Positions 54,631-64,000 of a DNA stretch of 64,000 bases are shown here, one piece after another. This DNA comes from Escherichia coli (GTDB lineage Bacteria; Pseudomonadota; Gammaproteobacteria; Enterobacterales; Enterobacteriaceae). Location of the stretch: the NCBI RefSeq assembly GCF_003334385.1, contig NZ_QOWN01000015.1; one strand, given 5' to 3'. Positions within the stretch are counted from its first letter, which is position 1; every line of letters begins with the position of its first letter. The position numbers and the translations under genes are program-made. The notes beneath the pieces were generated by a model, which was given only the letters and a program-made list of their open reading frames with translations, did not search any database and was not told where the DNA came from.

Positions 54631-55743
54631 ATGACCGCCTTAAATAAAAAATGGCTATCGGGTCTGGTTGCGGGTGCTCTGATGGCCGTCTCTGTCGGCA
54701 CGCTCGCGGCTGAACAAAAAACACTCCACATTTATAACTGGTCTGATTATATCGCCCCGGACACGGTGGCCAATTTTGAAAAAGAAACCGGTATTAAAGT
54801 CGTCTACGATGTTTTCGACTCTAACGAAGTACTGGAAGGCAAATTAATGGCCGGGAGTACCGGCTTTGATCTGGTGGTTCCATCTGCCAGCTTTCTGGAG
54901 CGCCAGTTGACTGCGGGAGTTTTCCAGCCGCTGGACAAAAGCAAATTGCCGGAGTGGAAGAATCTCGACCCGGAACTGCTGAAGCTGGTCGCCAAACACG
55001 ATCCCGACAATAAATTTGCTATGCCCTATATGTGGGCGACGACCGGGATTGGCTATAACGTTGATAAAGTTAAAGCGGTGCTGGGCGAAAACGCGCCCGT
55101 CGATAGCTGGGACTTGATCCTCAAACCTGAAAATCTGGAAAAACTGAAAAGCTGCGGTGTCTCTTTCCTGGATGCGCCAGAAGAAGTTTTTGCTACCGTG
55201 TTGAATTATCTCGGCAAAGATCCCAACAGCACTAAAGCGGATGATTACACCGGACCGGCAACAGATCTGCTGTTAAAGCTGCGCCCGAACATTCGTTATT
55301 TCCATTCATCTCAATACATTAACGACCTGGCAAACGGCGATATTTGCGTCGCTATCGGCTGGGCAGGTGATGTCTGGCAGGCGTCAAACCGCGCGAAGGA
55401 AGCGAAGAATGGCGTGAATGTCTCGTTCTCGATTCCAAAAGAAGGGGCGATGGCGTTCTTTGATGTATTCGCCATGCCTGCGGATGCCAAAAACAAAGAC
55501 GAAGCCTATCAGTTCCTGAATTACCTGCTGCGCCCGGATGTAGTAGCGCATATTTCCGACCATGTGTTCTATGCCAACGCCAATAAAGCAGCCACGCCGC
55601 TGGTGAGTGCGGAAGTCCGTGAGAACCCAGGTATTTATCCGCCTGCGGATGTTCGTGCGAAGCTGTTCACTCTGAAAGTGCAGGATCCGAAAATCGACCG
55701 TGTGCGCACCCGCGCGTGGACCAAAGTGAAGAGCGGAAAATAA
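54631..55743 (+). CDS. potF: Putrescine-binding periplasmic protein PotF
   Basis: 370-aa product from MTALNKKWLSGLVAGALMAVSVGTLA (signal peptide) inside ORF 54481..55743. Confidence 0.9.
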   Translation: MTALNKKWLSGLVAGALMAVSVGTLAAEQKTLHIYNWSDYIAPDTVANFEKETGIKVVYDVFDSNEVLEGKLMAGSTGFDLVVPSASFLERQLTAGVFQPLDKSKLPEWKNLDPELLKLVAKHDPDNKFAMPYMWATTGIGYNVDKVKAVLGENAPVDSWDLILKPENLEKLKSCGVSFLDAPEEVFATVLNYLGKDPNSTKADDYTGPATDLLLKLRPNIRYFHSSQYINDLANGDICVAIGWAGDVWQASNRAKEAKNGVNVSFSIPKEGAMAFFDVFAMPADAKNKDEAYQFLNYLLRPDVVAHISDHVFYANANKAATPLVSAEVRENPGIYPPADVRAKLFTLKVQDPKIDRVRTRAWTKVKSGK

Positions 55744-55837
55744 TCCGCAGTCGTAGATGCCGGAGGGGCGCACCACACCCGCCGGCAATTCGCACCATTA
55801 TGGTGCGCTTGCACACATTCAATGCCGGAGAGCAGCC

Positions 55838-56971
55838 GTGAATGACGCTATCCCTCGCCCGCAGGCGAAAACCCGTAAGGCGCTGACGCCGCTATTAGAA
55901 ATCCGCAACCTGACCAAATCCTACGATGGTCAACATGCGGTGGATGATGTCAGCCTGACCATCTACAAAGGTGAAATCTTCGCGCTGCTGGGCGCATCCG
56001 GCTGTGGCAAGTCCACGCTGCTGCGTATGCTGGCAGGTTTCGAACAACCTTCTGCCGGACAGATAATGCTTGATGGCGTCGATTTGTCACAGGTTCCGCC
56101 TTACCTGCGCCCCATCAATATGATGTTTCAGTCTTACGCGCTGTTTCCGCATATGACCGTGGAACAGAACATCGCTTTTGGCCTGAAACAGGACAAACTA
56201 CCGAAAGCGGAAATTGCCAGCCGGGTCAATGAGATGCTCGGCCTGGTGCATATGCAGGAGTTCGCCAAACGCAAACCGCATCAGCTTTCCGGTGGTCAGC
56301 GACAACGTGTGGCCCTGGCCCGAAGCCTTGCGAAGCGCCCGAAACTATTACTGCTCGATGAGCCGATGGGCGCGCTGGATAAAAAGCTGCGTGACCGGAT
56401 GCAGCTTGAAGTGGTGGATATTCTGGAGCGCGTCGGTGTGACTTGTGTGATGGTCACCCACGATCAGGAAGAGGCGATGACCATGGCGGGGCGCATCGCC
56501 ATTATGAATCGTGGGAAATTTGTCCAGATTGGCGAACCGGAAGAGATCTACGAGCATCCGACTACCCGCTATAGCGCCGAATTTATTGGCTCGGTAAACG
56601 TCTTTGAAGGCGTACTCAAAGAGCGTCAGGAAGATGGCCTGGTGCTTGATTCGCCGGGGCTGGTGCATCCACTGAAAGTCGACGCGGATGCCTCGGTGGT
56701 CGATAACGTGCCGGTACATGTGGCGCTGCGCCCGGAAAAAATCATGCTTTGCGAAGAGCCGCCCGCCAATGGTTGTAACTTCGCGGTGGGGGAGGTGATA
56801 CACATTGCCTATCTCGGCGATCTTTCGGTGTATCACGTTCGTCTGAAAAGTGGGCAGATGATTAGCGCCCAGCTACAAAACGCCCATCGTCATCGTAAAG
56901 GGTTACCGACCTGGGGCGACGAAGTGCGTTTGTGCTGGGAAGTGGACAGCTGTGTGGTGCTGACGGTTTAA
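55838..56971 (+). CDS. potG: Putrescine ABC transporter ATP-binding protein PotG
   Basis: GTG start giving MNDAIPRPQAKTRK... (377 aa) inside ORF 55757..56971; Walker A GASGCGKST, signature LSGGQRQR. Confidence 0.85.
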   Translation: MNDAIPRPQAKTRKALTPLLEIRNLTKSYDGQHAVDDVSLTIYKGEIFALLGASGCGKSTLLRMLAGFEQPSAGQIMLDGVDLSQVPPYLRPINMMFQSYALFPHMTVEQNIAFGLKQDKLPKAEIASRVNEMLGLVHMQEFAKRKPHQLSGGQRQRVALARSLAKRPKLLLLDEPMGALDKKLRDRMQLEVVDILERVGVTCVMVTHDQEEAMTMAGRIAIMNRGKFVQIGEPEEIYEHPTTRYSAEFIGSVNVFEGVLKERQEDGLVLDSPGLVHPLKVDADASVVDNVPVHVALRPEKIMLCEEPPANGCNFAVGEVIHIAYLGDLSVYHVRLKSGQMISAQLQNAHRHRKGLPTWGDEVRLCWEVDSCVVLTV

Positions 56972-56980
56972 GGAGCAAAG

Positions 56981-57934
56981 ATGAGTACACTTGAACCTGC
57001 TGCCCAGTCGAAACCGCCGGGCGGATTTAAGCTGTGGTTGTCGCAGCTGCAAATGAAGCATGGGCGCAAACTGGTCATTGCGTTGCCATATATCTGGTTG
57101 ATCTTGCTGTTTCTGCTGCCATTTCTGATTGTCTTTAAAATAAGCCTGGCGGAGATGGCGCGCGCTATTCCACCTTATACCGAACTGATGGAGTGGGCTG
57201 ACGGGCAACTGTCCATCACTCTTAATCTCGGTAATTTTCTGCAACTGACCGACGATCCGCTCTATTTCGATGCTTATCTCCAGTCGCTACAGGTGGCTGC
57301 GATTTCGACATTTTGCTGTTTACTGATCGGCTATCCGCTGGCGTGGGCGGTGGCGCACAGTAAGCCTTCGACCCGTAATATTTTATTACTACTGGTGATC
57401 CTGCCGTCGTGGACCTCGTTTCTGATCCGCGTTTATGCCTGGATGGGAATATTAAAAAACAACGGTGTGCTGAATAATTTTCTGCTGTGGCTGGGGGTTA
57501 TCGATCAACCGCTGACCATTCTGCATACCAATCTGGCCGTTTATATCGGCATTGTTTACGCTTACGTGCCGTTTATGGTACTGCCGATTTATACCGCGTT
57601 GATTCGTATTGATTATTCGCTGGTGGAAGCAGCGCTGGATCTCGGTGCACGACCGCTGAAAACGTTCTTTACTGTGATCGTGCCGCTGACTAAAGGTGGG
57701 ATTATTGCCGGATCGATGCTGGTGTTTATCCCGGCTGTGGGCGAGTTTGTGATCCCGGAACTGCTCGGTGGCCCGGACAGCATCATGATCGGGCGCGTGC
57801 TATGGCAAGAGTTTTTCAATAACCGCGACTGGCCGGTGGCCTCGGCGGTAGCGATCATCATGTTGCTGCTGCTAATTGTGCCGATAATGTGGTTCCACAA
57901 ACACCAGCAAAAAAGCGTGGGAGAACACGGATGA
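56981..57934 (+). CDS. potH: Putrescine ABC transporter permease PotH
   Basis: 317-aa permease ORF. Confidence 0.9.
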   Translation: MSTLEPAAQSKPPGGFKLWLSQLQMKHGRKLVIALPYIWLILLFLLPFLIVFKISLAEMARAIPPYTELMEWADGQLSITLNLGNFLQLTDDPLYFDAYLQSLQVAAISTFCCLLIGYPLAWAVAHSKPSTRNILLLLVILPSWTSFLIRVYAWMGILKNNGVLNNFLLWLGVIDQPLTILHTNLAVYIGIVYAYVPFMVLPIYTALIRIDYSLVEAALDLGARPLKTFFTVIVPLTKGGIIAGSMLVFIPAVGEFVIPELLGGPDSIMIGRVLWQEFFNNRDWPVASAVAIIMLLLLIVPIMWFHKHQQKSVGEHG

Positions 57935-58776
57935 ATAATTTACCGGTAGTTCGTTCGCCCTGGCGGATTGTGATTTTGCTGCTGGGCTTTACCTTTCTCT
58001 ACGCGCCAATGCTGATGCTGGTTATCTATTCGTTTAACAGCTCGAAGCTGGTGACGGTGTGGGCCGGCTGGTCAACGCGCTGGTATGGTGAGTTATTGCG
58101 CGATGACGCGATGATGAGTGCGGTTGGTTTAAGTCTGACAATTGCGGCCTGTGCGGCGACGGCGGCGGCGATCCTCGGAACTATTGCGGCGGTGGTGCTG
58201 GTGCGCTTTGGCAGGTTTCGCGGATCAAATGGCTTTGCCTTTATGATCACCGCGCCGCTGGTAATGCCAGATGTCATCACGGGCTTGTCGCTGTTGTTAT
58301 TATTCGTCGCGCTTGCTCATGCCATTGGCTGGCCTGCGGACCGCGGTATGCTCACCATCTGGCTGGCGCATGTCACTTTTTGTACGGCTTATGTGGCGGT
58401 CGTTATTTCTTCAAGATTGCGGGAACTGGATCGCTCGATAGAAGAAGCAGCGATGGATCTCGGTGCGACGCCGCTGAAAGTGTTTTTCGTCATTACGCTA
58501 CCGATGATCATGCCCGCGATCATTTCTGGCTGGTTACTGGCTTTTACTTTGTCGCTTGATGATCTGGTGATCGCCAGCTTTGTTTCCGGGCCGGGAGCCA
58601 CCACGTTACCGATGCTGGTCTTTTCCAGCGTGCGGATGGGGGTGAATCCGGAAATCAACGCCCTGGCAACATTGATCCTCGGCGCGGTCGGAATTGTCGG
58701 ATTTATCGCCTGGTATCTGATGGCTCGCGCAGAAAAACAGCGGATACGCGACATCCAGCGTGCAAGACGTGGCTGA
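57931..58776 (+). CDS. potI: Putrescine ABC transporter permease PotI
   Basis: 281-aa product from MNNLPVVRSPWRIV inside ORF 57889..58776; ATGA overlap with potH stop. Confidence 0.9.
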   Translation: MNNLPVVRSPWRIVILLLGFTFLYAPMLMLVIYSFNSSKLVTVWAGWSTRWYGELLRDDAMMSAVGLSLTIAACAATAAAILGTIAAVVLVRFGRFRGSNGFAFMITAPLVMPDVITGLSLLLLFVALAHAIGWPADRGMLTIWLAHVTFCTAYVAVVISSRLRELDRSIEEAAMDLGATPLKVFFVITLPMIMPAIISGWLLAFTLSLDDLVIASFVSGPGATTLPMLVFSSVRMGVNPEINALATLILGAVGIVGFIAWYLMARAEKQRIRDIQRARRG

Positions 58777-58835
58777 AGACACTAAAATTTGCCAACCTGG
58801 CTACATAATGCCGCGCATGTCGCGGCATTGTTTTC

Positions 58836-59324
58836 ATGGAAGACGAAACGTTGGGATTTTTTAAGAAAACATCTTCATCTCATGCTCGCCTGAATGTGCC
58901 TGCGCTGGTGCAGGTGGCGGCGCTCGCCATTATTATGATCCGTGGCCTCGACGTGCTGATGATTTTCAATACGCTGGGCGTGCGCGGTATTGGCGAGTTC
59001 ATTCATCGCAGCGTACAAACCTGGAGTTTAACGCTGGTCTTTTTAAGCAGTCTGGTGCTGGTTTTCATTGAGATCTGGTGTGCGTTTTCACTGGTGAAAG
59101 GGCGTCGCTGGGCGCGCTGGCTATATCTGCTGACACAAATCACCGCCGCAAGTTACTTGTGGGCGGCTTCGCTGGGGTACGGTTATCCGGAGCTGTTCAG
59201 CATTCCCGGTGAATCAAAACGTGAAATCTTCCATAGCCTGATGCTGCAGAAGCTGCCGGATATGCTCATCCTGATGCTGCTGTTCGTTCCCTCGACCAGT
59301 CGGCGGTTCTTCCAGTTGCAATAA
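58836..59324 (+). CDS. ybjO: Inner membrane protein YbjO
   Basis: 162-aa hydrophobic ORF. Confidence 0.75.
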   Translation: MEDETLGFFKKTSSSHARLNVPALVQVAALAIIMIRGLDVLMIFNTLGVRGIGEFIHRSVQTWSLTLVFLSSLVLVFIEIWCAFSLVKGRRWARWLYLLTQITAASYLWAASLGYGYPELFSIPGESKREIFHSLMLQKLPDMLILMLLFVPSTSRRFFQLQ

Positions 59325-59364
59325 TGTGTATAATCGTCGCCCCTGATGATGTGAAGGTCAATGT

Positions 59365-60492
59365 ATGCAGTGCGCACTTTACGACGCGGGTCGCTGTCGT
59401 TCCTGTCAGTGGATAATGCAGCCGATTCCAGAGCAACTCTCCGCTAAAACCGCCGATCTTAAAAATCTGCTCGCCGACTTTCCGGTTGAGGAATGGTGCG
59501 CGCCGGTGTCAGGCCCGGAACAAGGGTTTCGTAATAAAGCCAAAATGGTGGTGAGTGGTAGCGTTGAAAAACCACTGCTCGGTATGCTGCATCGCGATGG
59601 CACACCAGAAGACCTTTGTGACTGCCCGCTTTATCCTGCCTCATTTGCGCCCGTTTTTGCGGCGCTAAAACCGTTTATCGCCCGAGCGGGGTTAACGCCC
59701 TACAACGTGGCGCGTAAGCGTGGCGAACTGAAATACATTCTGCTGACTGAAAGCCAGAGTGATGGAGGCATGATGCTGCGCTTTGTACTGCGTTCTGATA
59801 CCAAGCTGGCGCAACTGCGTAAGGCGCTGCCGTGGTTACACGAACAACTACCGCAGCTGAAAGTTATTACCGTCAATATTCAGCCGGTACATATGGCGAT
59901 TATGGAAGGGGAGACGGAGATCTACCTGACCGAACAACAGGCACTGGCGGAGCGTTTTAATGACGTACCGCTGTGGATCCGTCCGCAAAGTTTCTTCCAG
60001 ACTAATCCGGCGGTCGCCAGCCAGTTGTACGCCACCGCGCGCGACTGGGTACGACAGCTGCCGGTTAAACATATGTGGGATCTGTTCTGCGGTGTGGGGG
60101 GCTTTGGTTTACACTGCGCGACGCCTGACATGCAGTTAACCGGGATCGAAATTGCATCAGAGGCCATTGCCTGTGCAAAGCAGTCAGCCGCTGAACTGGG
60201 CTTAACGCGTTTGCAATTTCAGGCGCTGGACTCCACTCAGTTTGCCACCGCTCAGGGGGATGTGCCGGAGCTGGTGCTGGTTAACCCGCCGCGCCGCGGC
60301 ATTGGTAAACCGCTGTGTGATTATCTCTCAACGATGGCACCGCGTTTTATCATCTACTCCAGCTGTAACGCCCAAACTATGGCGAAAGATATCCGCGAAC
60401 TGCCTGGGTTTCGTATTGAACGGGTGCAGCTTTTCGATATGTTCCCGCATACCGCGCACTATGAAGTGCTGACGCTGCTGGTGAAGCAATAA
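59365..60492 (+). CDS. rlmC: 23S rRNA m5U747 methyltransferase RlmC (RumB)
   Basis: 375-aa ORF with N-terminal Cys cluster ([14 protein letters not shown]) and SAM-MTase motifs ([10 protein letters not shown]). Confidence 0.9.
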
Positions 60493-60494
60493 AA

Positions 60495-60512
60495 AAGCCG
60501 CATGTGCGGCTT
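60495..60512. terminator. Hairpin AAGCCGCATGTGCGGCTT at rlmC 3' end; A-run upstream gives a U-tail on the minus strand
   Basis: 7-bp stem with 4-nt loop immediately after rlmC stop; near-identical copy at 60665..60682 on the other side of the REP cluster. Confidence 0.5.
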
Positions 60513-60542
60513 CAGATTGCTGACAAAGTGCGCGTTGTTTAT

Positions 60543-60641
<99 letters not shown>

Positions 60642-60690
60642 ATTTTACCTTTGTCATCAGTCTCAAGCCGCGGTTGCGGCTTTCTGAATC

Positions 60691-61422
60691 TTACTGTGGG
60701 AACCACTGGTCACTGATTTTTTGATAAGTACCGTCAGCTTTAATTGCTGCCAGCGCGTTATTCAGTTTTTCCAGCAGGGCTTTGTTATCCGGACGTACAG
60801 CGATGCCCAGGCCGGTGCCAAAATATTGCGGATCGGTCACTTTCTCAGTAGCAACACCAAGTTGTGGATTGGTTTTCAGCCATTCGTTTACCACCGCTGT
60901 GTCACCAAATACCCCATCAATACGACCATTTTTCAGATCGATAAAGGCATTCTGATAACTGTCATAAGAGACAGTTTTCACTTCCGGGTGCTGATCCTGA
61001 ATATATTTCTGGTGCGTAGTACCGTTTTCCATCCCAATACGTTTGCCTTTCAGATCGGCAAACGTTTTGTAGGTATCTTTTTTGGCAATCACGACGGCTG
61101 AGTTTTCATAGTAGGGCGTGGTAAACGATACCTGTTTGCTACGCTCCGGGGTGATATCCATACCGGAGATTACGGCGTCATATTTTCTGAATTTCAGGGA
61201 CGGGATCAGGCTGTCGAACGCGTGATTAGTAAAAGTACATTCTGCCTGCATTTGTTTGCACAAGGCTTTTGCCAGATCGATATCAAAGCCGACAATCTCA
61301 TTATTAGCACCTATAGATTCAAAGGGTGGATAGGTGGCTGAAACGCCAAAATTGATTTTCTCTGCGGCAGAAGCACCGAAAGTAAAGGAAGCAAGTAAAG
61401 CGGCAAGAACTAACTTTTTCAT
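60691..61422 (-). CDS. artJ: Arginine-binding periplasmic protein ArtJ
   Basis: 243-aa product from MKKLVLAALLASFTFGASA inside ORF 60691..61473; paralog of ArtI. Confidence 0.9.
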   Translation of the reverse strand: MKKLVLAALLASFTFGASAAEKINFGVSATYPPFESIGANNEIVGFDIDLAKALCKQMQAECTFTNHAFDSLIPSLKFRKYDAVISGMDITPERSKQVSFTTPYYENSAVVIAKKDTYKTFADLKGKRIGMENGTTHQKYIQDQHPEVKTVSYDSYQNAFIDLKNGRIDGVFGDTAVVNEWLKTNPQLGVATEKVTDPQYFGTGLGIAVRPDNKALLEKLNNALAAIKADGTYQKISDQWFPQ

Positions 61423-61486
61423 GATGGAACTCCCGTCTGTCAATCTTATGATTTTTGGCCGTGTCTGCGGCATGGGATAACAATGC

Positions 61487-61504
61487 CATCAAGTGAATTT
61501 ATAT
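61487..61504. promoter_or_regulatory. Candidate ARG box (ArgR operator) upstream of artJ (AGTGAATTTATATGCAAT)
   Basis: Fits TnTGAATwwwwATTCAnw with one mismatch in the right half-site; about 65-80 nt upstream of artJ ATG. Confidence 0.35.
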
Positions 61505-61529
61505 GCAATAAACATGATTAAATAATTTA

Positions 61530-61571
61530 AATGAAATAAAAAAGACGGACAACTTAGTGGGTTGTCCGTCT
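61530..61571 (-). terminator. Rho-independent terminator of the artPIQM operon
   Basis: AGACGGACAAC-TTAGTGG-GTTGTCCGTCT hairpin; minus-strand tail UUUUUAUUUCAUUU. Confidence 0.7.
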
Positions 61572-61594
61572 TCATTATAAGAATTTATGCACTA

Positions 61595-61683
61595 TGTAGG
61601 CCGGATAAGGCGTCCCCGCCGCATCCGGCACAGGCACCGTGCTGATGTCTGATGCGACGCTGGCGCGTCTTATCAGACCTACA
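61595..61683. repeat. REP/BIME cluster (two REP units) between artM and artJ
   Basis: TGTAGGCCGGATAAGGCGTCCCCGCCGCATCCGGCA and GATGCGACGCTGGCGCGTCTTATCAGACCTACA. Confidence 0.8.
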
Positions 61684-61712
61684 AAACCCCCCGGCGAATG
61701 TACGCAGCCACA

Positions 61713-62381
61713 TTAATTTCGCCGTTCGAATGCCAGCGCTTTGCGCTCGATCAGACGCATCATCAGCGTCAGCAGGCCGTTAACGACCAGGTAAATAATC
61801 CCTGCCGCACCGAACACCATTACATCGTAGGTGCGTCCGTACAACAACTGGCTGTATCCCATCACTTCCATCAGCGTAATGGTGTATGCCAGAGAGGTAC
61901 TTTTGAATACCAGCACCACTTCGTTGGAATAAGAAGAGAGCGAGCGTTTAAAGGCATACGGCAGCAGGATCGCCAGCGTATCTTTTTTGCTCATTCCCAG
62001 GGCGCTACAGGACTGCCACTGACCTTCCGGGATCGCACGAATTGCACCGTAAAACAGCTGCGTGGTATACGCCGCACTATTCAGCGACAACGCAATCAGC
62101 GCACATAACCACGGTTCTGACAACAAATGCCACAGTGCCGGATACTCCTGCAAAGTCGGAAACTGGCCCGGCCCGTAATAAATCAGGAAGATCTGCACCA
62201 GCAGCGGCGTACCGGTAAACAGCGTGATATAACCCCGCACCAGCCACACCAGCACCGGCGTTTTCAGCGTCAGGATGATGGTAAAAATCAATGCCAGAAT
62301 CAGTGCCACAATCAGCGAGGCAACGGTTAGCGTCAGGCTGGTGTGTAGCCCTTTCATCAGTTCGGGTAAATACTCAAACAT
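61713..62381 (-). CDS. artM: Arginine ABC transporter permease ArtM
   Basis: 222-aa polar amino-acid permease. Confidence 0.95.
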   Translation of the reverse strand: MFEYLPELMKGLHTSLTLTVASLIVALILALIFTIILTLKTPVLVWLVRGYITLFTGTPLLVQIFLIYYGPGQFPTLQEYPALWHLLSEPWLCALIALSLNSAAYTTQLFYGAIRAIPEGQWQSCSALGMSKKDTLAILLPYAFKRSLSSYSNEVVLVFKSTSLAYTITLMEVMGYSQLLYGRTYDVMVFGAAGIIYLVVNGLLTLMMRLIERKALAFERRN

Positions 62382-63097
62382 TAGCTGGGCCTCCGCTCAA
62401 AACGTGTCGCGCGCAGGTCAATGCGTTTGAGAATGTACTGACTGAGCAGGGTGATCACCAGGTAAATCGCCGCCGCCACAATGTACCAGGTAAATGGTTC
62501 CTGGGTACGAGTAGCGATGCTTTTTGTTTGCAGCATTAAATCATTCACACTAATCAAACTGACCAGCGCGGTATCTTTCAGCAGCACCAGCCACTGGTTA
62601 CCGAGGCCAGGCAGCGCATGACGCCACATCTGCGGCATCACCAGACGGAAAAAGATAGCCGATTTCGACAGCCCCAGCGCCTGACCAGACTCCCACTGAC
62701 CCACCGGCACCGCTTTCAACGCGCCCCGAAGCGTTTGCGAGGCATAGGCGGCATACAGCAGTGACAGAGCGATGACACCACAAAGGAACGGGCTAACGTC
62801 GAAGTCCTCAATGTCCATCTGCACTGGGATCTGCACGAACCCAAGATTGATAGTGAAGCCATCCGAAAGCGTCAGCAGCAGCTGCGAGGAGCCAAAATAG
62901 ATAAACAGCACCACCAGAATTTCTGGCAGGCCACGCAGAATGGTTACCAGCGCTGAACCTGCCCACGCGACAGGACGCCATTTTGCCGACTCCCATACCG
63001 CAAAGAACATCGCCAGCGCCAGCCCGACAATCAATGCACAAACGGCAAGGCCGACGGTCATCCCGGCGGCGCTTGCTAAAGGAAAAAATTCATTCAT
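62381..63097 (-). CDS. artQ: Arginine ABC transporter permease ArtQ
   Basis: 238-aa polar amino-acid permease; 1-nt overlap with artM. Confidence 0.95.
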   Translation of the reverse strand: MNEFFPLASAAGMTVGLAVCALIVGLALAMFFAVWESAKWRPVAWAGSALVTILRGLPEILVVLFIYFGSSQLLLTLSDGFTINLGFVQIPVQMDIEDFDVSPFLCGVIALSLLYAAYASQTLRGALKAVPVGQWESGQALGLSKSAIFFRLVMPQMWRHALPGLGNQWLVLLKDTALVSLISVNDLMLQTKSIATRTQEPFTWYIVAAAIYLVITLLSQYILKRIDLRATRFERRPS

Positions 63098-63103
63098 CAG
63101 GAA

Positions 63104-63835
63104 TTACTTCTGGAACCATTTGTTGTAGATGGTTTCGTAAGTGCCATCTTTCTTCACTTTTTCCAGCGCAGTGTTGAGTTTCTGCTGCAGCTCAGTGTTG
63201 CCCTGACGTACCGCGATGCCGAGGCCAGTGCCGAAGTAATCTTTATCGGTCACTTTGTCGCCCACCGCCGCCAGTTTCGGGTTATCTTTCAGCCACTCAG
63301 TGACCACTGCGGTGTCACCGAAGACGCCGTCGATACGCCCGTTTTGCAGATCCAGTTTTGCGTTCTGGTAGCTGTCATACGGAACGGTAGTGATTTCCGG
63401 GTGCTTATCCATAATGAATTTCTGGTGTGTCGTCCCGTTCTGTACGCCGACTTTTTTGCCTTTCAGCTGATCAACACTGGTGTATTTGCCTTGCTGACCC
63501 ACAAACAGGGCAGAGTTGTCATAGTACGGGGTGGTAAACAGCACCTGCTTTTCACGCTCCGGAGTGATATCCATGCCCGCCATCACGGCTTCTACGCGAC
63601 GGAATTTCAGGCTTGGGATCAGGCTGTCAAACGCCTGGTTAGAGAAAGTGCAGGTTGCATCAATCTCTTTACACAGCGCTTGTGCCAGGTCGACGTCAAA
63701 ACCAACGATCTGGTTGTTTGCATCAATCGATTCAAACGGAGGATAGGAGGCTTCGGTAGCAAAACGAATGGTTTCGGCAGCTGTGGCGGAAAGACTAAAA
63801 CCTGCAATTAACGCGGCAATCAGAACTTTTTTCAT
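63104..63835 (-). CDS. artI: Arginine-binding periplasmic protein ArtI
   Basis: 243-aa ORF with signal peptide MKKVLIAALIAGFSLSATA. Confidence 0.95.
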   Translation of the reverse strand: MKKVLIAALIAGFSLSATAAETIRFATEASYPPFESIDANNQIVGFDVDLAQALCKEIDATCTFSNQAFDSLIPSLKFRRVEAVMAGMDITPEREKQVLFTTPYYDNSALFVGQQGKYTSVDQLKGKKVGVQNGTTHQKFIMDKHPEITTVPYDSYQNAKLDLQNGRIDGVFGDTAVVTEWLKDNPKLAAVGDKVTDKDYFGTGLGIAVRQGNTELQQKLNTALEKVKKDGTYETIYNKWFQK

Positions 63836-63852
63836 TGTTGTTATCCCGAATC

Positions 63853-64000
63853 TTAGTGAGAGAGATAGTTTTTAAATGCTTCGGTTTGCGGCTCGGTAAA
63901 GCAGCTCGCGTCGCCTTGTTCTACGATATGACCATTTTCCATATACACCACTCGGCTGGCGGTTTTACGCGCCACTTCAACTTCGTGGGTGACGATCACC
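63853..64000 (-). CDS. artP: Arginine ABC transporter ATP-binding protein ArtP (3' portion only; gene continues beyond window end)
   Basis: Minus-strand frame ending ...[15 protein letters not shown] with stop at 63853..63855; truncated by window boundary. Confidence 0.85.

Overview
This window reads as a contiguous, syntenic stretch of Escherichia coli core chromosome, in K-12-like gene order from fiu to the 3' end of artP. I found no previously undescribed system that I can support from sequence alone; the most interesting signals are listed under findings. Gene identities are from my recognition of the translated ORFs (established knowledge), not from a database search. Coordinates are refined from the supplied ORF track by choosing the start codon that matches the protein N-terminus I recognise.

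Content: about 60 protein-coding genes, one sRNA (rybB), one small-protein gene (mntS) missed by the ORF track, four REP/BIME clusters, several rho-independent terminators and a number of candidate regulatory sites. I see no tRNA, rRNA, IS element, prophage, integron or CRISPR array, and no inserted island.

Three things stand out:
1. ybiU is split by a single in-frame TGA (18958-18960), so it is either a pseudogene allele or a base-call error.
2. An exact 14-bp motif, TTTCGAATGAAAGT, occurs three times within 4.5 kb, each in a 5' region of the ybiU / ybiV / ybiY-ybiW / fsaA cluster. This points to an unassigned shared operator.
3. That cluster encodes a glycyl-radical enzyme (YbiW) whose active-site loop is the single-Cys plus Glu type (GCIE) rather than the Cys-Cys type of pyruvate formate-lyase, together with its activase, a fructose-6-phosphate aldolase and a HAD sugar phosphatase. 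I read this as a candidate anaerobic sugar-phosphate pathway; whether it is already characterised needs a literature check.

All regulatory-site calls are motif matches by eye and are lower confidence than the CDS calls.
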